A stretch of 64,000 bases of DNA from Callorhinchus milii (taxonomy: Eukaryota). Shown in pieces: positions 37,815-50,399 of the stretch. Location: positions 93,126,001 to 93,190,000 of the forward strand of contig NW_024704743.1 in assembly GCF_018977255.1 (NCBI RefSeq), written 5' to 3'. A program made the translations under genes and the position numbers. How positions within the stretch are numbered: the stretch's first letter is position 1; each line of letters opens with the position of its first letter. The notes under the pieces were generated by a model that made no database searches, was not told the origin of the DNA, and worked only from the letters and a program-made list of their open reading frames with translations.

Positions 37815-38985
37815 AAAACAACAACTTGGATTTATATAGTGCCCTCCACGCTGGACGGCATCTCAGAGGGCTTCACAATAACGGATCCCGGGGCCAAGCC
37901 GGGGAGGGGGAAGAAGGTGACCAAAGGCGCGCTTGAAAAGAAAGGTCTTTAGCCGAGACCTGCAAACAGGAAGAGGGGAGGTGAGGCGAAGGGAGTGAGG
38001 AAGGGAGTTTCAGAGCCTCGGGGCGTAATGGCTGAAGGCACGGCCGCCGATGGTGGAGCAGAGAATTCGGGGGACAAGGAGAGGGCCAGACCCGGTGGAG
38101 CGAAGGCAACGGGCACTGTTATGAGGAGAGAGGAGGTCAGAGAGGTAAGGGGGTGCAGAGGAGTGAGGGGGTGCAGAGGAGTGAGGGATTTGAAGACAAG
38201 AATGAGGATCTTGAAATCGATCCTTTCTGGGACAGGCAGCCACTGCAGTCTGGCAAGGACTGAGGTCATCAAGGAGCGGAGTTTGGTGTGGGTGAGAATG
38301 CGGGCGTCAGAATTCTGGATGACCTGGATTTTATGAATGGTAGTGGAGGGGAGATCGGCCAAGAGAGCATTTGAATAGGTTTCGGCGGCTTTTGGAGTGA
38401 TTTATTGGCGGAGACGGGCGATGCTTTGGAGGTGGAAAAAAGCGGTGCTGGTGAGGGACTGGATGTGGGGGAGGAAGGATAATTGGAGGTTGAACCCGAT
38501 GTCTAGGTTGCGTACGGGTTCGGAGAGTTTTAGGGGTTGGTAGGATAGGTGGAGGAGATGAGAACTGTGCGATTTAAAATACAAAGAGTATGGCTTCGGT
38601 CTTGTCAACATTTAGCTGAAGGAAATTTGCGCTCATCCAGCTCCTGATGTCTGACAGACAGGCTGACAGAACATCAGGGGATTGGGGACCGCAAAGTGAG
38701 GTGGAAAAATAGAGTTGGGTGTCATCTGCATACATGTGGAAGTCTGCAGATGACATCCCTGAGAGGGAGCATATAGATAAGGAAGAGGAGGGGGCTAAGG
38801 ATGGATTCTTGGGGTACGCCACAGTTAACCGGGTGGGAGCAGGAGGAAAAGCCATTTGTGGAGATGTACTGCAGATGGTTGATGAGGTAGGACTCGAACC
38901 AGTCGAGTGTGGTCCCATTGAGGTGGATGATGGAGGAAAGGTGGTGGATGAGGATGGCGTGATCAACTGTGTGGAAAAAAAACAG
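37815..38985 (-). mobile_element. L2 LINE, 5'-truncated
   Basis: [11 protein letters not shown] and LQWLPVPERIDFKIL; internal 18-bp tandem duplication at ~38148-38187. Confidence 0.93.
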
Positions 38986-39519
38986 TGATGTGCACTATTG
39001 CCTCCTCCATGCTGGCTCCTTACTGGCTCCATTCTGGCTGAAGCCCTTCCTCCACTCTCATCCTATTCATCCTCTGTATCTTTGACAGAAGGCTGTCAGA
39101 TTAGAATGCCATTGTTGAAAGCAACCATCAGTACCAGACTGTTAGAGGTGTCGTGATTTGGAGTTCAAGGCAATGCCATAGTAGTATGCGGGAAAGGAAA
39201 CAGTTCCAATTACCAGGGGGTGGGAGTGGGAGATGAGAGGATCAGCAAAGGTGAAGTAGGTTCCACAAGGAAAGCCAAACCTGGGTTGGCCATCCAGGAA
39301 AACCTGAAAGGCATTCAAAGAGGTGTCACAGATCCAGCATGTTGTTACGAACACTGGGACGACAAGGTAAGCCATTAGAGACCAAAGCAACTTCAAACAT
39401 GTTGAAGGAAAATCTCGACCTTCTCATGAATGTCAATTCTTCTTTCTAATGCCTCCAACAAAAAGGTCACCACATCCATAAATAAAATTACATTCCTTTA
39501 TTGTTTAGACATTTTCATC

Positions 39520-41072
39520 AGGTGCTTTAGGTTGAAAGGGACACAAGGGCCTGTTCAAGAAACTAAGGGAGGAAGTTGCAAAAACGCTGGCACAAATCTT
39601 TCAAAAATCACTGAATACTGGAGAGGTGCCGGGGGACTGGAAAAAGGCAGATGTTACTCCTATTTTTAAGACAGGTAACAAAAGTGACCCAGGAAATTAC
39701 AGATCAATAAGTTTGATGTGCATTGTGGGTAAAATTATAGAAACTCTTATTAAGGATAAAATCATGGAGCATCTTGACAAAAATAAAATCATAAATGATA
39801 GCCAATATGGGCTCATGAAGGGAAGGTCTTGCCAATCTAATTTACTGTTTTTCTTTAACGGTGTGACAAGGGAACTTGATAAAGATAAGGCTGTGGATGT
39901 TGTATATCTGGATTTAAGTAAGGCCTTTCATACAGTTCCTCTTGAGAGGCTGGTACTGAAAGTAAAGAAAGCAGGAATCAGTGGAGGTATATTACAATGG
40001 ATGTGCAATTGGTTGACCGGAAGAACCCAGAGGGTGGTAGTACAGGGAATGTCATTAGACTGGGAAAATGTTACCGGTGGAGTTCCATAAAGGTCTGTTT
40101 TGGGATTTCTTTTGTTTAATATTTTTATAAATGATCTGGAACAAGGAGTCCGCAAGCACAATGGCTAAGTTTGCAGATGACACCAAGCTAATGAATGTGG
40201 TAGATTGCGAAGCTGAACAAGATAGTATACAGGAGGATTTGAACATACTTGGGAATTGGGCAGATCGGTGGCAGATGAAATTCAATGTGGAGAAATGTAA
40301 AGTACTTCACATGGGGACAAAAAATCCTGGAAAGGACTATTACTTGAACAGAAGGAAAATAATATGTATGGATAATGAAAAGGACCTGGGGGTCCTGATT
40401 AACAATAAAGTGAAGCTTCCTCAACAATGATCTGTGTCAGTAAGTACAGCAAACCAGAATTTGGGATGTATCAAAAGATCAATAGCAAGCCAAAATAGTG
40501 GGGTAATCCTGCCATTGTATAAATCATTGGTGAGACCGTACTTAGAGTACTGTGTACATTTCTGGTTGTCACAGCACAAGAAGGATATTGGAGAAATCGA
40601 GAAGACACAGAGGAGGGCAACCAAAATGATTGGGGGAATGGAAGGACTGGACTGGAGGAGTGTCAAAGTAAATTGGCCATGTACACGGAAAAAAGATTGA
40701 GAGGCGACATGATTGTTGTCTTTAAGATTCTACAGGGGCTAGACAATATAGATCATGACAGGCTGTTTCAATTTGTCCAGAATAGTAAAACCAGAGGACA
40801 TGGCCTGCGATTGAAGGGGGGTAAATTCAGAATCTATGCAAACACTATTTCAGTGAGCGAATAGTGAACTTGTGGAACAGGCTCCCTGACAACTGAAGCA
40901 GCGAGTGTTGATTCTTTCAAACACAGATTAGATAGTTTTATTTTAGGAAATAACGTTATGGGATATAGTACATAGGTAGTTTGAGCAATATGTGCATGCG
41001 ACCACCAGGAACGTGGAAGGCGAACGAGATGGACCTTGGCTTTTTTTGTCTAGCATTACTTATGTTCGTATG
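39520..41072 (+). mobile_element. CR1 LINE, 5'-truncated, frameshifted RT
   Basis: PGDWKKADVTPIFK, VDVVYLDLSKAF, KFADDTKL, WQMKFNVEKCKVLH. Confidence 0.96.
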
Positions 41073-42244
41073 AAAGAGAGTATTTGCTTTCTCAAAGCTC
41101 CAGCAGATCTTCAGAATGGCTACTTTCAAACTCAGCATACCACTCTCCCCCTAAATGTCTAGCAAATTGTAATTTGGTGTCCTGTATATGTCATATATAT
41201 TGAAATGTATGCAGAGAAACACTGCTATCAATAGTAGCTTAGTTCTGAGATATTATACCCTACATTATAAAGGCTTCTCAAGGCTGAGACTCAATGGAAG
41301 TAAAGAGTCATCTCTGTGCTAAGTTGAGAGAAATCCCTGATAAATGTAGCTGCTTCAGCTATAAAGACACTCCAAAAGAGTACTATTCATGGTAGAAACC
41401 AGTAATAAGTGAAAGTAAAGAATACTTCTCCGAGTAATAGGTTTGTAATCCTACGAGTTGCGCAATCTGTTATGATGGCTCCTTGGACCAATAGGCTGAG
41501 ATCCACTAGCCATATATATTGACACTCATGTTAAAAGCCTCAGAAACAATGGAATTTAAATAGAAAATGCAGTTTTGAATCTACCCGTTCATTAGAATTA
41601 GCTAAGGATTTTACTCTAATAACAGGGAAATGTTTGCACCATAAAAAAAGCTCTACGGAATTTGGAATGTAAATCAACACAAAACATTTTCTCCCCAGAC
41701 CTAGTGATGCACGGGATCACTGAAAAAACATTGTGTGTGGCAGCAAGATTTGGAAAATAAACTCCAATTTTAATGGTAAGAGTGTAACCTGAACAAGGGA
41801 GATAATTAAACTCGGGGAATGAAGCTCAAATGATTTATGAAATCCAATAACTAATTTTACAAATTATTCCCTTTCATCTGTTGTTAATTATTTTGTGGTA
41901 TTCAAGGTACTAATCTGTATTCAATAGCGGCCTTCTATGTGGAGGCTGTTTGAGGTGTGGATGCTGTGCATTACAGGTCAAAGTTCAGCGTTTTTTTAAA
42001 TCCTGTTAATGCATAAAAATATACTTCTCTAGAGTAATAGTCATGGATTATTCAGTAATAGAGGATGGATAGAAGTATATTTCATTTGGTGCTATAGTTC
42101 TTGATGTGCTGAATTTTTAAGTAAACATCTGTATTAAACTGAACAAATGCAACATGCTGTTTGCAGAAGGATACACTCAAAAATATATTGAGTGGTTTTG
42201 GAGACAACGCTGTAGATTTACCTATATATATAATCTGAGGTTGA

Positions 42245-42620
42245 TTACAACAACTTGCATTTATATAGCGGTCTTCACGAGGGGCAGCGTCGCAGAGCAC
42301 TTAACAGTGGCGGAGCTTGACACAGAGGTGGGGGAATGGAGGAGTTGATCATAAGCACGGTCTTCAGTCATGATCTAAAAAGAGTTGAAGCAGTGGGCAA
42401 GATGGAAGAATTGAGGGGGAGAGTTCCAAAGCTTCAAGGTGTAGTGGCTTAAAACGTGGTGGTAAATGGTGGAGTGGACAAGTGACAGGCAAGAGGCCAG
42501 AACCAGCCAAGCGGGCGGAGGCAGCGGATAGTGGAGTGAGGAGATAGGAGGCCAGAAAGGTATAGGGGTGCCAAGGCATGAAAGGATTTGTGGACGAATG
42601 AGAAGATTTCAAATTGACAA
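42245..42620 (-). mobile_element. L2 3' fragment
   Basis: Similar to 17625-17965 and 28323-28770. Confidence 0.8.
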
Positions 42621-44969
42621 TATAGGCCGAACAAATTAATGTTTCATATCACATCAGATCTGTTATGAATGAAGACATGTTCTTACCCTTATATATCTAA
42701 CTTACTTCTAATTGTGTTGTGTTGACCAAGGTATCACAATGGTATCACAAATGACGTATCACAAGTGGCTCCCAGTTTCCCAAGAGGAAAATGGCCATTT
42801 TCCTCTTGGGGGTCTGAAAGCCAACAAATTCACCAGTTTTGCTGACAACAGACCTGCTTCAGTTTGAAACTTGATGTTTCTCTCTAACCAAAAGTATCAT
42901 AATTACAAAGAAGAACGTCTGCCCTAGCAAGGAACAGTATTTTTTTAAAAATATTACTGAGTTAACACCTGGTAGCAATGTGTAGTAATTCTGCCAACAC
43001 AAAAAGATGAACTGCTTTCAAATAAGACAAACATTGACAAGACACAGCTAAATACAAGACTTTAGTAATTATTATCATAGAGACTGAGCAACCTCAGATT
43101 ATTGTTGCTGACTTCAATGGACAAGACAAAATCAATGCAAGCCATCAAGAAGCACAATGAATTTGCCTTCCTGGCTCTCTCATCCAGCCTCTTCTGCTTC
43201 TTTCCTGGAAATTACAGTAAACTCTGGACAAATCAACACCCCAAGGGAAAAGGACTCAGCACCAAATTATCCAAAGTGGCGAGTTAGGTATTGGTCTTCC
43301 CAAACCATAAGGGCCACTGTCACAGGAAAGATGGGAGATTCTTCGCTAAATCAATTGGATGGAAGAGTGCCACACCATATCCATCATGCTTTCAGTAAGG
43401 GTCCAAGAAGTTGTTGGCATCTCCTCAATACGGACCATCCTGTGGCCTCCTCCCCTGCCTCCCACCATATCCTGTGACAAGAGATGAGAGGCTACCTTAA
43501 TGCATCTGAGCATGTCAACTGCCACAGAGCACCCGCACCAGTCAAAGGTTCTTTCATGCGAGATGCCATCTTATAGGATGAGTTATCTGAAGTAAGTACT
43601 TATAACAACTTCTAGAACGTGATGAGTAATGTGTTAAGCAGGATATCAAGTGATGACAAGTAAAATGGAATCCTTACGAACATTTTGCATGGGAAGCAAC
43701 TGGAATATTGATAGCCTGGCAACTTAAGTAATTGAGATTATTTAAGACAGAGTCAAGTTATCAGGAGTTTAGTGCATTCCCTATTGCTGATGTTCTCAAC
43801 AAGAGGAAAAATCATAGAAAACAGCAGTGAGTTATTTTTACTCCTACCATCAATGGAGAAATTATACAAGTGTTTGTCAAGATGATGAAATTAAAAAATA
43901 ACATGTTGATGTTTGTGGTAAATGTCTGCAGTCAAGAGCTTTACTACATTATTATTTGTAAATATGGTTTAAGCAGCAAAATATGATGCATTATGGTAAC
44001 AATAATCCTTGCATTCAATATAGCACTTCATCTCATCATTGAGACGGCTCAAAGCACTTTACGTGATTTTACTGTAAAGTGTATTTGTAGGCAAACACAG
44101 CAACCAGCTTGGCATTGCAAAGTCCTACAAACAGCCATGAAGTGAATGACTTTTTTGTCTCTTTATATTACAGAACACACCAGCACACTTAGAGTTTACA
44201 TGTATTCATAAAAAATAGATTAACATTTTATAATGACAGATAAGAAAGTAGCAAATGGTATGAACTGCCAGTTGCACTTTGTAGATACAAATTTCTAGTC
44301 TTCCTGGATGCCCCCATGGATCATAATTGGAGGAAGTTTAGGCACCTTATCTCATGGCACTTTTTTTATTAGTGCAAAACTGCTTTTCCTTCTCAAAGTC
44401 TATGTTTTTCGATCAATGTGATCAAGATGCGGCCAGGGGTAGAAGGAATGTTTTAATGGGATAGAAAGGTAAAACCAAGAAAATGCTTCTCTGTAAGAGA
44501 GACCAGATGGTTAGAGTTGAAGGAAGAGTTAAACAATCAAGTGGGTATAAATGTAGCTGTTGCAGCTGATGGTCTTTAGAACAGACCTGGGAAGAAAGAA
44601 GGTACCACTTAAAGGAAGAAGAAACTACTTAGAAACTGCTGAGAAGAAAAGGCAAAGAAGAAAAAAACTTGCAACACTGTATTCTGTTCTCCGGCTCTAT
44701 CATTCTACCTTTCTGTATCACGCATATTGCTATATAAAAATCGTAAAAGTACATTTTAATCTGTCTGTGTGAGCTTGATTGTCTCGGAGTCCCGCACCAC
44801 ACAAAGACTCACAAATTTCTGAGTGAACAATTGATTTCAATTCAGTACAATTAAATAAAGTGACAATTTGAGTTAAGACAACCAATATACTGAAGTTTTA
44901 AAATGGCACCAAAAGCACCTTGTATCAAAATTCAAGCTGCTCTAATCTCAGTAAATGTACAGTCACTGC

Positions 44970-45300
44970 CCTATTGATCATTAGATCAGAAGAGAAGTTT
45001 GGATGAAGAGGCATCCTTTGCCCATTTGATCTCATGTTTCTAGATTGCCATCCTCCCATTATATTGCCAAACTGTTTCTTAAGTGCCCACAGTGTTTCCA
45101 GTGCCCAGGGCTCAACCATTCTTTCTGTAACCTGTTCTTTTAGGTAAGAAAACGTCCTGGTATTTAGATCCATTCAGAAACTATCAATTATAACCTTGAA
45201 TGTATCCCGTCTTGCTCTGCTACCTTGGCAAATCTGAAAACATTGTTGTGGGATTACTTTCTCAAATCCATTTAAAATCTTATATACATCTATTGGTCAG
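44970..45300 (-). mobile_element. Old CR1 3' fragment
   Basis: Decayed CR1 C-terminal coding and tail signature. Confidence 0.55.
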
Positions 45301-46269
45301 CGCTTTGGGACATCCTCCCAATGTGAAGGCTTCTGTACAAATGTAATTTGTTGTTGTTGTTGTTCCCCTCTGAGATGTTGCTTTGATACATTATTGTTCG
45401 TTGCTATGCATGAGTGGGGCTTGGGACTTTCCCTGGTGTTTCTTACATAGTGATTTTCTAATTCTGCTCAGGCCAACTGGGAATGTTCCAAACAGAGATT
45501 AAATCTTTCTCTTTGAAAATAAGCAAAAACACAAACGAAAAAAGCCTAAACTCTACTTGCAGCCCTGATAATGGTTGGCTATTAAATGACACTGGCAGAA
45601 TCCAGAGAACAAGAACATAACTTGTTGCATTATGCGTGGGGAAATATTGCAACAACTAGCAGGGAGCAGGGTGAAACAAAAGATACTTTTCGTGAAATAT
45701 CTTTTTACAAATGATCATGGACATCCCTCAATGAACGTTGGAATTCACTGAAAGTACCATGAAAAGATATGCATTACCACATGGGCAGATTTTAAACGTA
45801 ACATCAGTAAATTCATCTACAGCCTGTATGATTGAATTCTGCCCAGCTGAAAGCATAAAGAATTTTTGTGTCACACAGGATTCTGCTTGTCTGCTCAGCA
45901 TCTTTATTGCATGTGCCGCAATTATGATGTTACTCATGAAATGCACCTGCCAAGAATACTTTTTCTTTGTAAACTTGTAACAATGATTTAAATCATTTCA
46001 TACACATAATTAAGTCACTTATGTGTTACGTCACTGGGATATAAAAAAAGAAAGTCAATATTCCTCTCCTATTCGATCACAATAAATGTTTGTCAAATGC
46101 TTCATTTCTCCCTTTCCATTCTCTCCCTTCATCCTTCTCAAAGGCATTGACTCATCCTGCAGTGTGATTCCATGGATGTTGACTATCCTCCATTCCTTCG
46201 ACTCAGTGGATGATTGAACCAAAACAACCTTTTGGCAGGTTGTTCAAACATAGGAGACATTTCAACTGA

Positions 46270-46915
46270 ATACAATACAAAATTACATTTGTATAGCGCC
46301 ATTCTTGTTGGGAGGATGTCCCAAGGTGCTGGACAGTCAGGAATTTGGATCCAAGCTGGGGATCGGGATCAGGAGGGTGGAGAGCAGGGAATTGACGAAA
46401 GTATGGTCAAAGAGGAGAGTTTTGAGATAAGCCTTGAAGGAGGCAAAGGAGGGAGCAAGGCAAAGGGAATGTGGGATGGAGTTCCATAGGATGGGGGCAG
46501 AAAGACTGAAGGCCCAACTGCCAATGGTGGAACAGGTCAGCCGGGCAACGTGGAGCAAGCCACAGCTTGCTGAGCAGAAGGAGTGGACCGGTTGATAAGG
46601 AGTCAGCAGGTAGGAGAAGAAAGGAGGAGCAAGGCTGTGGAGGACCTTGAAGGCGGAGATGAAGATGTTGAACCCTATCCTCTGGGGAATTGGGAGTCAG
46701 TGAAACCAGGCAAGGGTGGTGGTGATGGAGACTGGTGCGGGAGAGGACATGAGCTGCGGTTCTAGATGATCTGCAGCTTGTAAAGGAGAGTCGGGAAGGC
46801 CAACAAGCAGAGAATTGGCATAGTCGAGCCTAGATGTGATGAATTCGTGGATGAGGGTTTCAGCAGCCTGAAGGGTGAGGCAGTGATGGAGCCGGACGAT
46901 GTTGTGGAGGTGGGG
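46270..46915 (-). mobile_element. L2 3' fragment nested in an older element
   Basis: Homologous to 950-1610; the flanks (46105-46265 and 46915-47100) match the element at 61325-61720. Confidence 0.9.
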
Positions 46916-48329
46916 GACCCACCTCTACTAATTTAATATCCCTACATATTTTCTATTCTGCACATGTCCCTCTGGATAGGGATCAGGAGTAAGAACCTTG
47001 GCTGTTTTGTATCCTCCCTTGCACAGGGTTACTGTAATCAACAGAAGTACCATCACTGCTGCTACAGCTGAGATAAACTAGTTGAAGGCAGACTTAGGCT
47101 GAACTAGTTGAAGGCAGAATATCACATTAATTTACTGTGATAGTAAATTAATTTCTTTTGTTTTACACTTTAAAAGCAAACAGGACATGTTTCAGGCTGA
47201 GCCTTGTTATCAGTTGAGACTATGGTTTTTTGTGAGTAAGTCTTCGGAGAAGCCTCTAACTAAAACAAAAAACACATTCTAGTGAAAGTAACTCCCCTTT
47301 AAATCATGTCTTTTCAACATTTTGATTCAGAGAACTTCTTCTTCAGCCTTCACCTCATCCTCTTTGTAAGTAATGAATTATACTAACCGTTCACAACAAA
47401 TCAACAACAACCAACTATGGTGGTTATCCTTTGTTTTTGGAGGGAATTTACTTGGAAACATTATGCCCTCCTAGTGCATAGCACTGAATAAATCTGATCT
47501 AAATACTGTGATAATAAATTAATTTCCTTGTTTTACACTTTAAGCATTAGTTAGGCTCTGCCCATAATTCTCTTGTTAATTATAATATATCAGCATAATA
47601 CACAGTGTTTCAGAGAGTGAGTCAGGAAACGAACCCATTGGTAATTCACACACACTTCTATGAAAAGCAAATATACCTTAAGTAACAGGAGTAGATGGGA
47701 GCTGTTATTTTTGTTTATACAGCCCATGGCAATATCTTGTAAAAGAGGGCACTGACAGAGTACAATGATATTAACCCACATTGACTGGATCTGAAATAAG
47801 AAACCAATGCTGCATAACATGTTTGTGCTACATTATGTTCAACAAACTTGAAGGATTTTCTTGAAAAGAACACCGCAAGCAACAAGTAAGTGAATTATCT
47901 AAAAACTCCAGCATGCAATAATCCATTCTATTTCTTTAACCCCCATAGAGTTCAATAAGGAATGAAAAAAGCAATTCAGCCCATCTGATTTATTCCATGC
48001 TCCTTCCCAGCTTTAATCAATTTCAAATATTCTTAATCCTATATATAACAAAACAGATTTCATTTTAAATCATTTCATATCTTGTGTAGTATAAAATAGA
48101 ATATTTTACTCTGATTATTTATTCTGTAACAGTAAGGAAGAAAGCTGAATCTTTCAATCATGAATAAAAGTAAATATTTTCAATAGCATAGAACATTTTA
48201 ATTGAAACTATCAACTTTCAATTGCCACACCAACTTCCAAACATACGGCATTATTCAGAAAAGGTATGAGAGTAATATCTGCTTCATTTCAGTCACAGCA
48301 TTCAGATAAGAAAATAATGTACTAGTTAC

Positions 48330-48578
48330 CTGGTATAAAGTTGTATCTTGCCAGGAATCCAATAGATTCAAGTTCCCCATCAGCAAAAAATTTAATCCAT
48401 AAAAATCTGCCAGATGATGTTATAAAAGGTGGAATTTGCTGACCACAGTAACGTCCAATTTCAGTAGAAAACCCAAAAGGTCCATCTCGTACCTCAATAT
48501 GGTCAAACTTGCACTCCCAAGAAGGTTCTATAGAATACTTTTCATCAAAGTAAAGTTCAATACTTTGTCTTGGAGCAG
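48330..48578 (-). CDS. NETO1: NETO1 exon 4 (249 nt, CUB1: [83 protein letters not shown])
   Basis: Acceptor ttattgttcag|, donor CAG|gtaact. Near-identical to human NETO1 CUB1; [20 protein letters not shown] distinguishes it from NETO2. Confidence 0.98.
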
Positions 48579-49359
48579 CTGAACAATAAAATCAGAGGAT
48601 TAGTGAGCATGTTACAATTGTGTGGTACATTTGAGCGAGTCAGATATTACACATAATAACAATAAACTTGTTCTGCTTATAACCTCAACCAAATCTTAAA
48701 TGTATTGTAACCTTGCAATGCATGATGTAAAGCCATCTGTACTTATTAGTTATGCACTAAGTACTTATATATACTTATTAATATACACTTGTATACAATT
48801 TCATGTAATAGCTAAGATATTACAAATAATACCCTGTGATTTTATTTAACAGTAACTTGATCTTAGAGTAACTTTGATTTCTAACATTAAACCAATAAGA
48901 CAGGTATGACGTAAAGAGAAGTGTAAGACTATTATTGGTACGATAAGAAAAGGCATTTTCATAATTTATATCAAGAATTCAACCTGGACCCAGTTATTTG
49001 TTTTAAAAATGTCAAGCACGTTGTTTTTAATATTTGAAGAAATAGTGATATTAGAATTTTTTTAAATGCTGGCAGTTTTAAAGATCATTAATTAACATTG
49101 AATTTCCAGCCCCCAAAACAATACCTGGCATTTTATAGAACGCCTTATCACGCCATCAACATGTCTCAAAGCACTTCACAGAATGTACTGTAAAGTGAAT
49201 TGACTGCATATTTTGGGGGCTAAACATGAGATATAATCACTCTTTTGGGTGTTTGCTGAGTATTGTTCTCCTTCAAGTGGGAAATCTCAGCACAGCAATC
49301 TGTTAATTCTCCTAAATTTTAGTGAAACGTATATTGACTGCAATGCCCCTTGGACGTAC

Positions 49360-49497
49360 CTTCTATAATGTATATGCACTCTTGGTCAGGAGGGTACATG
49401 CTTGGGTAGTTGGGAGAAGTGAAGGAACCACCATTGGGATTCTTGATCCAGGAACCACATTGCACCGGCTTCTGTCGTTCTGAAGACCTTGTTTTGT
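49360..49497 (-). CDS. NETO1: NETO1 exon 3 (138 nt, start of CUB1: [46 protein letters not shown])
   Basis: Acceptor ttcacag|, donor AAG|gtacgt. Contains the CUB motif FTSPNYPxxYP...C. Confidence 0.97.
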
Positions 49498-49892
49498 CTG
49501 TGAACAGTTCAGATTCAGATTCAAAAAAATGTGTTGAGTCAGTAAAGCCAGGCCAGCAAGTTATTTTTCATTTGAAAAAAAATCGTCTGGTTCCCCCTTG
49601 TGTCCCCCCCTCTCTCTCTTTCTCTGCTCGCCCACACTGAATAAATCTACGTCCACTCTGGCGCACAGTAACCTGCAGTGTTTTAATGCAGTAACTGTTC
49701 TCTGGCAAAAGCATTGCAGAAGGGTTTTAAATTATGATTCATCTCTACGTTTCAATGAATTATTTCACATCACTGCAGCTCATTCTAAATAGAGTTTAAA
49801 CCCACGTGGAACAGTATCTGCTGTGATTGTAATCAGAAAATTAAACATACTGAAATGAACCTGGCAATGAAGTACATTGTACTATTCATTAC

Positions 49893-49946
49893 CTGAATCC
49901 TTTTTTGTTGCCACACACAGACCGAGTAGGATGAGACTTGATACAA
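49893..49946 (-). CDS. NETO1: NETO1 exon 2 (54 nt, signal peptide core VVSSLILLGLCVATKKDS)
   Basis: Acceptor ttctgttgcag|, donor CAG|gtaatg. Aligns to human IVASLIILHLSGATKKGT. Confidence 0.93.
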
Positions 49947-50399
49947 CTGCAACAGAAACGAAAATATTCAACACAAGCAATACTGTGGTGTTTATCTGAA
50001 TCACGTCAGTACTGTCAGAAAACATACACCTTCTACTGCTGGAGACAAGTCCACGGAAATTATTAATTGCAGTCCACAGAAGTTTAAAGTTTAGAAATCT
50101 CCAACAGCATGTGCTTTCCTAGCACTTTGCTGCGTCCTGTCTTAATTGCAACTTGCAGTTTGATGTTATAAATACGCCTGATACAGATTCTGTGTACAAT
50201 AGACATGGCAAGTTCAATGATAAACTTGCAGTGAGCATTTACACATGAATTGTTAGATCTATACACTCCACATACGTTCATACGTATCAAGTTATGCTGC
50301 CCACACCTGAGCTATTTTTATTGCAGAATGTGGCTTCGTTTGGATAAAAAGTGATCAACAAAAGAGGATATCCTACAATCCTCTATAAAAGTTCTGTAT

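Noticed and set aside
48330..48578. Assignment as NETO2 or another CUB protein
   Set aside because: Diagnostic residues and the exon sizes 54/138/249/42/128 fit NETO1.
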